Origin: Pyrinomonadaceae bacterium
Lineage (GTDB): Bacteria > Acidobacteriota > Blastocatellia > Pyrinomonadales > Pyrinomonadaceae
Direction of reading: 5' to 3'
Assembly: GCA_041751195.1 (NCBI GenBank)
Contig: JBGSXX010000002.1
Location: 35,839 to 99,838 of the forward strand
Length of the DNA: 64,000 nucleotides
The position numbers and the translations under genes were made by a program. The stretch's first letter is position 1. Every line of letters starts with the position of its first letter. Below the pieces are notes generated by a model. It made no database searches, was not told the DNA's origin, and worked only from the letters and a program-made list of their open reading frames with translations. This document shows, piece after piece, positions 1-10,468 of the stretch.

Positions 1-540
1 ATTGACGGAGAAAAATTTGCTCGCGAACTCTGGCTTCGTCGCACGCGAATATCCCGTGCCGACGGTGTCGACAAAGACAAGGTCCGTCAGGTCGAGCCAA
101 CTGTGTTCGTTGTCCACTAGCTGATAGGGCGGCGGGGGTTTGTTGCCGTCGTCGAGCATCCGGACACGTTTCGGCCCAAGAGCTCCGAGATGAAGCCAGA
201 CTGAGGCCGAACCAGGCCCGCCGTTGAACGAGAACATGACCGGGCGGGTACGCCTGTCGGTGACGGCGTCCAGCGTGTAGGCCATGAAGAAGATGGTTGC
301 TTCTGTCTCTCCATTTGCAGGATTGCGGATCGGCATAAAGCCGGTGGTGACGGTGTAATTAAGCTGGCGTCCGCCTACGCGGGCCGAGTGCTTGGTGACG
401 ACGGGCGGCTCTTCTGGCCGCGGTGTAGTCGCCGCTGCCGCTGGTCGCTGTGTGTCGGGCGCGGGGCCTTGCTGCGCTGCAGTTGGTACTGCTGCACTGA
501 GGAGCACCATTACTAAAAGGGAAAATATCTTTGATCTCAT
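1..540 (-). CDS. Peptidase S10 (serine carboxypeptidase) family protein, N-terminal part; gene continues past the window start
   Basis: Own translation of the minus strand from the ATG at 540-538 stays open to base 1. It is absent from the ORF track because there is no stop in the window. Signal peptide MRSKIFSLLVMVLLSAAVPTAAQQ. FNGGPGSAS and VFVDTVGTGYS resemble the conserved S10 blocks NGGPG.SS and D.P.G.GFS. Confidence 0.55.
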   Translation of the reverse strand, partial: MRSKIFSLLVMVLLSAAVPTAAQQGPAPDTQRPAAAATTPRPEEPPVVTKHSARVGGRQLNYTVTTGFMPIRNPANGETEATIFFMAYTLDAVTDRRTRPVMFSFNGGPGSASVWLHLGALGPKRVRMLDDGNKPPPPYQLVDNEHSWLDLTDLVFVDTVGTGYSRATKPEFASKFFSVN

Positions 541-547
541 ATTTTGA

Positions 548-1765
548 TTATCGCTGAACCTCACTAACCACACGTCCGTTGATTATCGTACCGACACAAT
601 GCGTCGTGAATTCGAAAGGATCGCCGTTATACATAGCGATGTCGGCGTCTTTGCCCACAGCAAGTGAGCCCACACGGTTATCTATTCCGAGGATGCGAGC
701 GGCGTCGATGGTAATGGATGCAAGGGCTTCCTGTTGTGAAAGGCCGTTGGCTGCAGCAATTCCCGCCTCGAATAAGATCACGCGGGTCTTAGGAACATAT
801 CCCTCGTAACCGCTTTGGAGTGCAAAGGGAATTCCGGCGGCCTTTAGCTTTGAGGCGTTTTCCATCGAAAGGTTCTCACGGTCGCCGCCGGGCCGAGCCA
901 TCGTCGCGTGCACGATAACAGGGAAACCCGAAGCTTTGATCTCATCGAGCACCATGTGAGCCTCGGCCGCACCATCGAGAATGATCTTAATGTTGAACTC
1001 TTTGGCGATGCGGATCGCCGTCATGATGTCCTGGGCCCGCTCGGCAGTGATGAGCATAGGTATCTCGCCCTTTATCACGCGAATCATTGTCGCAGCTCTC
1101 GGATCTCGCGGCAGCTCGGCCTTTTTCGAGTTATCCAAAGCCTTGATCAGCTCCGCGCGGAGCATTGCAGCCATTTTTGCGCGGCTGCCGGGCGAGCGGC
1201 CGGCTCCGGCGCTTGCGGCTTGGCCGATCGTTGCAGCGATCATGGCCGTAGGAACGATTGTCGCTTCATCAACGTTCTTGCCGGTGGTTTTGGCGATCAT
1301 GGTTTGGCCGGAGACGAGGGCAGACGGCTGATGGCCGGTGTGAATCGTCGTGACGCCAAACTCGCGGACCCATTCGACGAGTCGCTCTTCCGCATTATAT
1401 GCATCGATCGCTCTTAGCTCCGGCTGGAATGAGCCGCCGCCGTCCAAAGCCATTTGATCGTGCGGCTGGTTGAGATAGCCGTTCAGGCCGATGACGGTGT
1501 GAGCGTCGATCAGCCCCGGGGTTACAACCTTCGCTTCGATAACGCGGTAGCCCGCGGGAATGGTGATGCTCGAAGCGGGCCCGACCGCGGTGATCTTACC
1601 GTTGTTCATAAGGACAACGCCATTTGTGATAGGAGCACCGGTCATCGTAAAGACCGTTTCACCGCGAACGGCGATCTGTGCATCGGCAGCAATCGCTGTA
1701 AACGCGATAACGGCGATGACCGCGGCGAATGACATTGCAGAGGTAAAGTGTTTGATCTTTTTCAT
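548..1765 (-). CDS. Secreted or membrane-anchored metal-dependent amidohydrolase family protein
   Basis: ORF 548..1822. I chose the internal ATG (MKKIKHFTSAMSFAAVIAVIAF, signal/anchor), which lies 1 nt after the stop of the upstream paralogue. Amidohydrolase blocks PGLIDAHTVIG and GSLAVGKDADIAMY. Confidence 0.8.
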   Translation of the reverse strand: MKKIKHFTSAMSFAAVIAVIAFTAIAADAQIAVRGETVFTMTGAPITNGVVLMNNGKITAVGPASSITIPAGYRVIEAKVVTPGLIDAHTVIGLNGYLNQPHDQMALDGGGSFQPELRAIDAYNAEERLVEWVREFGVTTIHTGHQPSALVSGQTMIAKTTGKNVDEATIVPTAMIAATIGQAASAGAGRSPGSRAKMAAMLRAELIKALDNSKKAELPRDPRAATMIRVIKGEIPMLITAERAQDIMTAIRIAKEFNIKIILDGAAEAHMVLDEIKASGFPVIVHATMARPGGDRENLSMENASKLKAAGIPFALQSGYEGYVPKTRVILFEAGIAAANGLSQQEALASITIDAARILGIDNRVGSLAVGKDADIAMYNGDPFEFTTHCVGTIINGRVVSEVQR

Positions 1766-1766
1766 T

Positions 1767-3083
1767 TTAGTTTCCACCTCCGATATAGCTGTCGAAGCAG
1801 TCGAGGTGCATGTCAGAGTCATTGTTTGCGCCGAAGCCGCCGACGGCGATCAGTCGATCTTTCGGATCTGAACGGTCGAAAACTTTTTCGCCGTCAACCC
1901 ATGTTTCGAGCACGTGGGTGTAAACGCTGAGCGGGTCGCCCGAGAGCAATATCAGATCAGCGTCTTTGCCGGGCTCGAGCGAGCCTACGCGGTCTTGCAG
2001 ATCCATCATGATGGCGTTAGCCATTGTCAGGGCATACAGAGCCTTTTCGCGTGACATGCCTGCACGTACCGCGAGGCCGGCGGATCTTAAAAAGTGACGC
2101 GAGTCGGTGATGCCGTCGTCGGTATGAAAGCCGACGAGTGCGCCTGCTTTCTCAAGGGCTACGCCGTTCTCGAACCTGATATCAGCCGTTTCGAGCTTAC
2201 CGCCCGGGGAGTCGATGAAGATTATCGATGCAGGAGCCTTCGCTGCAGCGATCTCGTCTGCTACTTTCCAAGCCTCGGATACATGCTGAAGCACGATGCG
2301 GAAGCCGAATTCTTTCTGAAGCCTGAGCGCGGTGAGCACGTCGTCATGGCGATGCGTGTGGAAGTGGACCATACGCTTGCCGTCGAGTACTTCGACGAGA
2401 GTTTCCATCGCGAGGTCGCGGGTGGGCAGCTTGCTGGTGTCCTTGCCCGCTTTTTGTATCTTGTCGCGGTACTCCTGTGCCTTGATGAACTGTTCGCGAA
2501 CCAGAGCGGCTGCTTTTGCGCGGGTCCCGGGGAAGCTGCCGCCGCCTGCTCGGATCGAGTTTGTACCGTTAGCGAACTTTATACCGCCCATGTAGCGGTT
2601 GTCCTTGTCGTAAATAAGGAGGTCGTCGACGGTGTTCGCGTTGTCGCGGAGCTTAATGTAGAGGGTCTGGCCGCTGTTGAGATGGCCTGAACCGGGCATA
2701 ACGTTAACGGTCGTCAACCCTCCGGCTTGGGCACGCTGCAGGTTTGCGGCTCGCGGATTAAGCCCATCCAAAAGTCTTACTTCGGGCTGGATCGGGCCGG
2801 AGCCATCGGCACCAGAGCCGCTACCGATGTGGCTGTGGGTATCAACTAGCCCCGGCATGATTACCTTGCCCGCGGCGTCGATCGTCCTCGCGCCGGCAGG
2901 GATCTGGACGTTGGCCCCGACGGAGACAATCTTTCCGGTTCGGATAACGACCGTGCCGGATTCGATCGGTTGACCGACTATCGGTATTATACGGGCATTT
3001 GTGAAGGCGACGGCCTGTTGCTGTCCTACGGCCGAACACACGAACAGAGCCATTGCGGAAAGGCAGAAAAGTAGTTGTTTCAT
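1767..3083 (-). CDS. Secreted metal-dependent amidohydrolase family protein
   Basis: 438-aa ORF. Signal peptide MKQLLFCLSAMALFVCSAVG. PGLVDTHSHIG metal-binding block and GSLEPGKDADLILL C-terminal block. Tandem with 548..1765. Confidence 0.85.
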   Translation of the reverse strand: MKQLLFCLSAMALFVCSAVGQQQAVAFTNARIIPIVGQPIESGTVVIRTGKIVSVGANVQIPAGARTIDAAGKVIMPGLVDTHSHIGSGSGADGSGPIQPEVRLLDGLNPRAANLQRAQAGGLTTVNVMPGSGHLNSGQTLYIKLRDNANTVDDLLIYDKDNRYMGGIKFANGTNSIRAGGGSFPGTRAKAAALVREQFIKAQEYRDKIQKAGKDTSKLPTRDLAMETLVEVLDGKRMVHFHTHRHDDVLTALRLQKEFGFRIVLQHVSEAWKVADEIAAAKAPASIIFIDSPGGKLETADIRFENGVALEKAGALVGFHTDDGITDSRHFLRSAGLAVRAGMSREKALYALTMANAIMMDLQDRVGSLEPGKDADLILLSGDPLSVYTHVLETWVDGEKVFDRSDPKDRLIAVGGFGANNDSDMHLDCFDSYIGGGN

Positions 3084-3349
3084 CGACTGGTCCTCAAAGA
3101 TTTTTGATATTAGTTAACGGAGTGTACTGATAAAGTGCTACGAAATGGTGTCAGTGTCAAGAATCACTAGACGAAATCGTTTAGACGGAATGGAGTCGGC
3201 GCCAAGTGCCGATCTGTGATTTCAGCTAACTACAGATTTCTCAACGATTTGTCAGGGATGTCGTCATCGGTCGGTGACGGTGGCACGTATTTTGTAAGGA
3301 TTCCGATGAACGATAGGAAATAACAGAAGATTTCGGGGAGGAACATATT

Positions 3350-3805
3350 ATGCGACAGATGCAGAAAGTTTTAGTCATAGCTATTTTAATGATCTTTGGT
3401 ATCACGACGCTCGCGCCTGAGGCGTTCGCGCAGAGGCGAAAATCGAAACGTGGGTTGGCTACGAATATTGCGATCGTTGGTGGCGGCACGGCGTTAGGTG
3501 CTTTGATCGGCGGCAAAAAGGGTGCGGCGATCGGTGCAGGTGGTGGGTTGCTCTATGCAACGAGTCGGCGCGGGACGAAGCGTCGTCATGCTAACAGCAA
3601 AACACGCCGTAACCTTAAGGTTGCCGGTGGGGCGCTGGTAGGTGCAGGCGTTGGCGGCTTCGCTGGCAAACGTGGTGCGGCGATCGGTGCTTTAGCGGGT
3701 GCAGGTGCAACGTATCTATACACGAGGAACCAGCGACGGTATTACAGAACGTCGAATGGGCGACAGTTTTACACGCAGAACGGCCGTCGTTACTACGTTC
3801 GTTAG
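3350..3805 (+). CDS. Small secreted glycine-zipper protein
   Basis: GGAGG-type RBS before the ATG. Signal peptide MRQMQKVLVIAILMIFGITTLAPEAFA. Two internal Gly-zipper segments (GGGTALGALIGGKKGAAIGAGGG and GGALVGAGVGGFAGKRGAAIGALAGAG). Basic Tyr/Arg-rich tail. Confidence 0.6.
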   Translation: MRQMQKVLVIAILMIFGITTLAPEAFAQRRKSKRGLATNIAIVGGGTALGALIGGKKGAAIGAGGGLLYATSRRGTKRRHANSKTRRNLKVAGGALVGAGVGGFAGKRGAAIGALAGAGATYLYTRNQRRYYRTSNGRQFYTQNGRRYYVR

Positions 3806-3857
3806 TTCGAACTCTCCTGTCTTCAAAGATAAGCGGGCCTTTTCTCAGGGCCCGCTT

Positions 3858-5609
3858 TTATTTTTTGAATCGGGGAAGTTTAATGATGAACTCTGTCCCG
3901 CCTGTGTCGGAGTCAGTGATATCGATGGTACCGTCGTGGGCAGTTACGATCGCATAACACACGGCCAGACCAAGGCCGGTGCCTTTGCCAGGGGCCTTTG
4001 TCGTAAAAAACGGGTCAAAGGCTTTTTTCATTGCCAGTTTATCCATTCCCGTTCCGCTATCAGCTACTGAGATATGGACCTCTCCTGGTTCGACATTGCA
4101 ACTTATGTTAAGGGTTCCGCCATCCGGCATGGCATCGCGGGCATTCAAGAACAAATTGAGAAGTACCTGGTGGAGTTGATCGCCATCAGCGAGGATTGTC
4201 GGGTCCTCCTCCGTGGGTTGAAATGCAACGGTGAGTGACTGGAATGTACGATCAAACAGTGCCAGGCGGAGTGCGCGCTGTATAAGCTCGTTCACCGAGA
4301 TGGTGGTTCTGGCGGCGGGGCGAACTCGGGCGAATTCCGTGAGGTCTTTGGTTACCCGCGAGATCCGTCCGATCTGAGCAGAGATGAGTGCGAGATTCTC
4401 TTTGGCTTCGGTCTCGGAGATCTGCTCGGAACGCATCATCTGGATGAGTGACGAAATTGATGCGAGAGGGTTGTTTACCTCGTGAGCGACTCCGGCGGCA
4501 AGGGTTCCCATCGCAGCGAGACGGTCCGAGCGGACGAGGTGTTCGTTGAGATGCTTTAGCTGATCGATGTCGGCTGCCATCTTGCGGCTCATTTCGTTGA
4601 ACGAGTTAGCAAGGAGGCCGATCTCATCGTTGCTACGGCGTAGATCGACCTCGGTGCCGTATGCCCCGTTCGAAACCTCGACCGCAGCGACTGTGATGCG
4701 CTGGAGGGGCCGTGAGATCGTTCGAGCGATCAAAAGGAGAAGCAACAGGTTGGGTACTAGTGCAGAAAGAACGCTGAACACCAAATATTTCTTCCATGCA
4801 TCCGGGGTCATTCCGTTCGCGAACGCCCACCAGACAATTGGGATCTGAAATATCACAAAGCTGACAATCGCGACCGATGCGATGCTGAGCGCGATCTTGT
4901 AGGCGATCGGGAAGAGGCGAAACTGATCGAGCGCGGATTGGAGCGAGAACAATTTGAAATTCGAGATGGCATAGGCATATATCAGGGCGCCGGGGAGCAC
5001 GAACAGGGAACTGAAGGGCAGAAGGTCAAACACCCCGACAAGCGGAAGTATGACGTTTACCGTCGTTATAAGAATGACTGTGATAGTGAGGCCCCAGAGA
5101 ATGGAACCTAGCTGAAGACCACGCTGAGTGTCGCGATAGGTCCGGTGCTTCTGAATGAGGATGTATCCGCCGTAAAGAAACACGATGTAGACGTACACCC
5201 CGAAAACGTAGGCGAGCGGCGCGAGCTCAATATTGAACCCAGCGGTCGTGTCGATGCGATCCCAGAGAAGACCTAGCAACGCGGCGGGTACGAGGATAAG
5301 GCCTGGTGCCACAACAACGGCAAGTTTCTTTCGAGGAGTTCGCGAGTTTTCGGGAAATACCCACGCAAAGACGACGAGCGCGTATTGCATGAAGATCGCA
5401 ATAATGAAGCTGGCGGAGGCCCACCAGCCTGCCGAAGACGAGAACTCGGGGAAATTCCAGAAGACGAGGTCTTTGACTGTCCAGAGAGCGAGAAACGCGA
5501 TAAACCCAGCAAAGGTTTGGTGACCGCGGCTTCGGGGGTCGGCGACAAAAATGTAAAAGCCGAGGATGACCAGCAGAAACAAGACGACGAAGTGCAGCAG
5601 GACGAGCAT
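3858..5609 (-). CDS. Membrane sensor histidine kinase (multi-TM sensor, HAMP, HisKA, HATPase_c)
   Basis: 583-aa ORF. The N-terminal ~300 aa hold several hydrophobic helices. H-box AHEVNNPL, N-box [12 protein letters not shown]-boxes DSGTGM and GKGTGLGL. Confidence 0.9.
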   Translation of the reverse strand: MLVLLHFVVLFLLVILGFYIFVADPRSRGHQTFAGFIAFLALWTVKDLVFWNFPEFSSSAGWWASASFIIAIFMQYALVVFAWVFPENSRTPRKKLAVVVAPGLILVPAALLGLLWDRIDTTAGFNIELAPLAYVFGVYVYIVFLYGGYILIQKHRTYRDTQRGLQLGSILWGLTITVILITTVNVILPLVGVFDLLPFSSLFVLPGALIYAYAISNFKLFSLQSALDQFRLFPIAYKIALSIASVAIVSFVIFQIPIVWWAFANGMTPDAWKKYLVFSVLSALVPNLLLLLLIARTISRPLQRITVAAVEVSNGAYGTEVDLRRSNDEIGLLANSFNEMSRKMAADIDQLKHLNEHLVRSDRLAAMGTLAAGVAHEVNNPLASISSLIQMMRSEQISETEAKENLALISAQIGRISRVTKDLTEFARVRPAARTTISVNELIQRALRLALFDRTFQSLTVAFQPTEEDPTILADGDQLHQVLLNLFLNARDAMPDGGTLNISCNVEPGEVHISVADSGTGMDKLAMKKAFDPFFTTKAPGKGTGLGLAVCYAIVTAHDGTIDITDSDTGGTEFIIKLPRFKK

Positions 5610-5659
5610 TGCGTCAATAGTAATTCGCGGCTGCCAATCTCGGCAATGTGCAAAGCGTA

Positions 5660-6361
5660 CTAGTCGATGGTGATCTTGAAGTTGGCTCCAACGCCATGGA
5701 TCGTTCGGATAGAGCCGACGTCGTTCGTTCGGTAGACGTAGAAAATCTCCGCGGACGTGTTGCTGGGGAGTCCGACCTCCACGCCGGTGGAAAATTCGTT
5801 GCTGGACCAGGCTTTGTCCGCGGTGCTGTAAAAGAACTCGTTTGCCACAAAGGGCGCAAAGATCTCTTCACCATCCTTTTTCACGGGCACCTTCAACGAC
5901 ACTTTATTACGGTAACGAACAAAATCGCTTTTTGAATTCTGCGCACGATATTCCACACGGTTTCGATCTTTAATAGTGAAATGCTCGAATTTTTTCTGCA
6001 CGGTAAGATCGAAGCGGATGCGATGCTCGAAATCGGCGGGCCGGTCGCGTCGTGAGCGGCCGTAGCGATACAGATACGTCGGACTGAAGTTTAGATACGT
6101 GTTAATGCGCCAGTCGAAGCCCGCTCCAATTCGGCGGTCGACGGGATACAGACGGTTCTGGCCCAGACGGATAGTGCCGAGCATTAAGAAAGAGACGCGC
6201 GCATCGTTTTTGTCATCCCGTACCACCGGCACCGAAACGGTCGTTTCGCTCCAGACCTGAAAGTCGGTGGGGTCGGGAGTAGTGCTTTGCCCGCTGGATA
6301 GGGTATGCAATAGAAAAACGACCGTGCACATGGTGAGGGTAAGGGATAATTTTCGATACAC
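5660..6361 (-). CDS. Putative outer-membrane beta-barrel protein (DUF2490-like)
   Basis: 233-aa ORF with a signal peptide. Alternating beta-strand-like pattern rich in Y/R/F and a C-terminal aromatic strand (ANFKITID). The DUF2490 assignment is from memory of that family's size and composition and is not verified. Confidence 0.45.
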   Translation of the reverse strand: MYRKLSLTLTMCTVVFLLHTLSSGQSTTPDPTDFQVWSETTVSVPVVRDDKNDARVSFLMLGTIRLGQNRLYPVDRRIGAGFDWRINTYLNFSPTYLYRYGRSRRDRPADFEHRIRFDLTVQKKFEHFTIKDRNRVEYRAQNSKSDFVRYRNKVSLKVPVKKDGEEIFAPFVANEFFYSTADKAWSSNEFSTGVEVGLPSNTSAEIFYVYRTNDVGSIRTIHGVGANFKITID

Positions 6362-6432
6362 GTAAGGGTCCTCGCTAAAAGGACAATGTTACAAGTTTAG
6401 GAACGGAATGTTAAATCGACGGGCGGATGCTG

Positions 6433-7029
6433 CTATTGAAATCCAGTAAGCAAGAGCGCGAATATCAGACCGAGGGTGAGAGCCAGCGGAAGCAGCCGAC
6501 GCAGCTCTACTTTTCCGTACTGTTTCAAGGCGTTAAATGCGAGAAATACGATGGGAAGAGTTATAGCTCCAATCGGAAAGCCGATCAAAGCGCCGAAGAT
6601 CGCTCCGATCCCAAAGATCACGACCCCGCCCGCGAATCCCGACGCCATGCCCCACAAACCGCCGATGAGCGCGATTGCGGCTATTCGATTGATAAAATGA
6701 AAGTTTTGGGTTCTCTCAACGAGTCCGGCGGCCCGCGAGGCTGCTATGTAGCCCGCCGCCGGGGTGGTAAACGCCGCGAGGGCGAATAGAAATAATACTA
6801 CCGGAGAGAGGTTCGGGGCTCCGCTGAATAATTGGACGACTATCGCGGCGACTGGGAAAAAGCCGATCGACGCTGCGGTAAGCCGGAGTGTGGCTGTCAG
6901 GTCAAGGTGCCGACGGTTCGAATGCAAACGCGACAATTCCTGCAGTTCCTGCCGACTTCTGATCAACTCTACAGTTTGTGCCTGCAAAACTTCGATACGA
7001 GATAGTGAGTTGTCGGCGATCGTTTTCAT
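6433..7029 (-). CDS. Hypothetical membrane protein (N-terminal coiled coil, Gly-zipper TM helices)
   Basis: ORF 6433..7053. I preferred the ATG at 7029 (MKTIADNS), which has an AAGGG RBS 8 nt upstream and lies 8 nt after the stop of the upstream gene. Several hydrophobic helices, e.g. GGLWGMASGFAGGVVIFGIGAIFGALIGFPIG. Confidence 0.55.
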   Translation of the reverse strand: MKTIADNSLSRIEVLQAQTVELIRSRQELQELSRLHSNRRHLDLTATLRLTAASIGFFPVAAIVVQLFSGAPNLSPVVLFLFALAAFTTPAAGYIAASRAAGLVERTQNFHFINRIAAIALIGGLWGMASGFAGGVVIFGIGAIFGALIGFPIGAITLPIVFLAFNALKQYGKVELRRLLPLALTLGLIFALLLTGFQ

Positions 7030-7039
7030 ATCGTTACCC

Positions 7040-7669
7040 TTACGCAGCGGCAAGTTCCGTACGGTCCCGGAGGCCAGCTATATCTGAGCCGCTTTCTACG
7101 AGCTGAATTAGGGAAGCGTCCTGAATCAAATTCGCGAGTTCGCGGAGTTCGGATGCCGGCAGCGGACGGTCGTATGTCCGCACACAGCGAAAAACTTCTC
7201 GGCGAGCGAGGGCCGCGTGTCGAAGGAGACGATCTCGACTTCGCCGCTTAAGACATGCCGACGCGATGGCGGGGTCGTCATGGCCGGCGATCGTATAAAA
7301 CTCCGTTTCTTGTTCGCCAGGCGCAGCCGCATCGAACTCAGCGGCCGTATGAAGTTCGATATAGCGTTCGAGGGAATCGAATAAGAGCCGTCCGTCCTCA
7401 TAGCTTTTGAATTTTGCTTTGAGTATTTCGAGTATCTCGCCGGTTCGATGATCGTCGTATGAATCCACGTCCGACCGATTCGCGAAGTGTTGATCAGTAC
7501 GGATCAGAGTCCGAAGTGTCTTGAGAGCGTGCGGCTGCCAGAACAATGTGGTGAGCACGACCATCGCGATCCGCTTAGCATTGAAAGGGGTACGAGTCTC
7601 AAAAACATACAGAACCACGAACGGAGACCCGAAGGCAAGGTAGATAATAATTGCGTCGATGAGTGTCAT
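7040..7669 (-). CDS. Hypothetical protein with two N-terminal TM helices
   Basis: 209-aa ORF, co-directional and tightly packed with 6433..7029. No motif recognised. Confidence 0.5.
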   Translation of the reverse strand: MTLIDAIIIYLAFGSPFVVLYVFETRTPFNAKRIAMVVLTTLFWQPHALKTLRTLIRTDQHFANRSDVDSYDDHRTGEILEILKAKFKSYEDGRLLFDSLERYIELHTAAEFDAAAPGEQETEFYTIAGHDDPAIASACLKRRSRDRLLRHAALARREVFRCVRTYDRPLPASELRELANLIQDASLIQLVESGSDIAGLRDRTELAAA

Positions 7670-7989
7670 CGCAAGTGATTACGGCAAGCCGCGTTCCTAG
7701 TATGTCCTTTTTTCGTGCAGGACTGCGTTAATACGGATGATCTTTATTGATAACAGTTTACGCGTGATAGTTGGAACTTCTGTGCAGGGCGATCGTTACA
7801 AAGATTTAGCATACTGCAAAATGGCCCATAAATACTTTGCAGAACGCGAAAGGGGGCAGTATCCGCAAAAAGCAACCGTCGAATCGTCTAAATTGCGGCA
7901 CAACAGTTGCCCTAGTACATTGCGACAGGTCAGTCCGTAATTAAATACATACAGTTAGTCGATACATAAGAACAAGGAGGTTCGCAATA

Positions 7990-8217
7990 ATGGCTGAGAA
8001 AATGAAGATCAAGGTGATCAAGAAAGGCGAGAGGAAAGTCGCCGAGAAGGCAGCGGCCCCTGCGGTTGCTGAAACGCGTACAAAAAGAGATGCTGCACGC
8101 GACGTTGTGTCGAATGTAACGGCATGGGTCAACGATTTTCAAAACCGCAAGCGTGAAGAGACTTTGGTCGCATTCGATCAGCTTTTCGCACCGTCGACCA
8201 GACCCTCTGAGATGTAG
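7990..8217 (+). CDS. Small basic hypothetical protein
   Basis: 75-aa ORF with a strong AAGGAGG RBS 7-8 nt upstream of the ATG. No recognisable domain. Confidence 0.55.
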   Translation: MAEKMKIKVIKKGERKVAEKAAAPAVAETRTKRDAARDVVSNVTAWVNDFQNRKREETLVAFDQLFAPSTRPSEM

Positions 8218-8351
8218 TTTAGATTTCAAGCGCGGGCAATTGCATATAGAGCGTTCGTAGACCGGGCGCTTTTTCTTTTGCTTGGCTCTCGTTTTGTCTA
8301 ATCTCGACCGAGTTGATATTCTTACCAAAACCCGCTTTTAGTAAAGAAATA

Positions 8352-9113
8352 ATGAAAGACAAAGTTTGCTTAGTTACTGGTGCGAGCAGCGGTATCGGCC
8401 GTGCTACGGCTGCACTCTTAGCTGCAGAGGGCGCGAAAGTCGTTGCCGTCGGTCGCAATGAGAGTGAGTTGAACCGGCTCCATGAGGAGTGCAGGAACCG
8501 CCCGGGCGCGATCAGGGTTCATTTGGCTGACGTTACAGACGCTTTGCAGATCGACGACCTGATGTCGGGAACGGTTCAGCATTTTGGCGGCATCGATGTG
8601 CTCGTGAACGCGGCGGGAATCATACAAAACGGGTCGATCGAAACGACGACTGAAGACGATTGGAACAAGATGTTGAACATCAATTTGAACTCGGTGTTCA
8701 TATTGATGCAAAAATGTGTCCCGTTTCTCGCAAAGAACAAAGGAAATATCGTCAACGTTTCAAGCATAACCGGATCGCGTGCGTTTCCGAATGTGCTGGC
8801 GTACTGCGTATCCAAGGCCGCGGTCGATCAGCTAACTCGATGCGCAGCACTTGAGTTGGCCCCCAAGGGCATCAGAGTGAATGCGGTCAACCCCGGGGTG
8901 GTTGTTACCAACCTACATAGGCGGGGAGGGATGGAAGAAGCGGATTACGAGAAGTTTCTGGAGAACGCTAAGAATACACACCCGATCGGGCGGGCAGGCC
9001 AGCCTGAGGAGGTAGCGGATCTGATACATTTTCTTGCATCGGACAGGGCGCAGTGGATAACGGGTGCGACATACGAAATAGACGGCGGGCGGAGCCAGAC
9101 TTGTGCACGGTGA
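8352..9113 (+). CDS. SDR family oxidoreductase (3-oxoacyl-ACP reductase-like)
   Basis: ORF 8313..9113. Start taken at MKDKVCLVTGASSGIGR (TGxxxGIG Rossmann motif). NAAG block and catalytic YCVSK (YxxxK). Confidence 0.9.
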   Translation: MKDKVCLVTGASSGIGRATAALLAAEGAKVVAVGRNESELNRLHEECRNRPGAIRVHLADVTDALQIDDLMSGTVQHFGGIDVLVNAAGIIQNGSIETTTEDDWNKMLNINLNSVFILMQKCVPFLAKNKGNIVNVSSITGSRAFPNVLAYCVSKAAVDQLTRCAALELAPKGIRVNAVNPGVVVTNLHRRGGMEEADYEKFLENAKNTHPIGRAGQPEEVADLIHFLASDRAQWITGATYEIDGGRSQTCAR

Positions 9114-9137
9114 TGGCGTAAAGGAGACTTCGGGGTC

Positions 9138-9911
9138 GTGAGATTTGAGTTACTTCCCAGTTCATTCGAAAGAGGCGGCGGTGCATCGCAACGGCAGCAT
9201 CTGACGTGCTTCCTGATCGACGATCTCGTGGCAGTGGATGCGGGCAGCCTGGCGCTCGCGGCGACCGACGAGCAACGACGTAGTGTTCGCGATGTGGTCA
9301 TCACACATGCACATCTAGATCACATTGCAGGACTGCCTTTGTTTGTCGATGACCTGTTCTCGGAATTGCGGGAACCGGTTACGATCCATGCGATCCAGGA
9401 GGTCATCGACATCTTAGAACGCGACATTTTCAATTGGTCGGTCTATCCTAGATTTTCAGAGCTCACGAACGATCACGGCCTTGTCATGCGATATTCCGCG
9501 ATCCCTGAAGGCGGCGAATTTCAGATCAAGCATTTGAGCTTTCGTGAGATTGAGGTAAATCACAATGTGCCGAACTCGGGATTCATAATCAGCGACGGTG
9601 AATCGAAGATCGCTCTGACAGGCGATACGGCAGAGATGGACGGGTTTTGGGAGTTCATCAATTCGGTCGATGGGCTGGATGCACTGCTGATCGAGTGCGC
9701 GTTTTCTGATGAGATGGGTGAGTTAGCTGACGTGTCGCATCACCTGACGCCGTCACAGCTGAGCCGGGAATTAGAGAAGTTCACGCAGGACTGCCCGATA
9801 CTTGCGATCAATCTAAAGCCGACATTTCGCGAGGCGATACTTAGCCAGCTTGAGACACTGGCGATTCCGCGACTGACTGTGTTGGAAAGCGGAAGAGTCT
9901 ATAAATGGTGA
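9138..9911 (+). CDS. MBL-fold metallo-hydrolase (class II cyclic-nucleotide phosphodiesterase-like)
   Basis: GTG start with an AAGGAG RBS 11 nt upstream. HAHLDHIAGLP (HxHxDH) motif. 257 aa. Confidence 0.75.
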   Translation: MRFELLPSSFERGGGASQRQHLTCFLIDDLVAVDAGSLALAATDEQRRSVRDVVITHAHLDHIAGLPLFVDDLFSELREPVTIHAIQEVIDILERDIFNWSVYPRFSELTNDHGLVMRYSAIPEGGEFQIKHLSFREIEVNHNVPNSGFIISDGESKIALTGDTAEMDGFWEFINSVDGLDALLIECAFSDEMGELADVSHHLTPSQLSRELEKFTQDCPILAINLKPTFREAILSQLETLAIPRLTVLESGRVYKW

Positions 9912-10157
9912 TCACTTGGTCACATTCCGCCTAAAGTTGATGGGTTCAAAGGCGCCTTCGCCGTGTTCGTCAGGGAAAGCGTAGAGTTGGACGCGCCCGT
10001 TCGGGCGAACAGACTGAATGCGAAATGTGCGTTCTTCGCGACTCTTGCCCGGCATGATCTCTGCACGAAATGTAACTTCCATTTCGGGCCGTGCCCACAC
10101 ATCCGCGGCCGCCGCCGCGGCAGTTGCTGTCTTTGATCTCTTACTAAAAATCGCCAT
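9912..10157 (-). CDS. Hypothetical small protein
   Basis: 81-aa ORF abutting the stop of the convergent MBL gene. No motif recognised. Confidence 0.35.
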   Translation of the reverse strand: MAIFSKRSKTATAAAAAADVWARPEMEVTFRAEIMPGKSREERTFRIQSVRPNGRVQLYAFPDEHGEGAFEPINFRRNVTK

Positions 10158-10468
10158 TTGAGTCGTCTTTCGTTATCGGCTTTTTATGCTTAGCTTTGCG
10201 CAGAGAAGGCCGTATTTTCTCAGCGGGTTTGTTCTCCCCGATCTTGTGACCCGCCGGAGCGGTCGGCTTCCGAATTGAATCGAAAACCGGGAGCTTTGGT
10301 TTCTTCTTACCCTTTGATGCCACGAAGTGGAAGATTATAGCAAATAATAGTCTCAATGGGGCAAAGTTTTCAGCCAGAAGACGCCGGACGCTGGGAAGAG
10401 AAGAAATATTGACAATGTTATGCAAAACCTACACTATATAGGCACCCTGATCAGGGCAGAGCAACTTG

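Noticed and set aside
10144-10425. A 93-aa basic ORF on the minus strand upstream of 9912..10157.
   Set aside because: Its N-terminal half overlaps the likely promoter region of the divergent gene at 10469, and there is no RBS or motif. It may be real, but the sequence alone does not support it.
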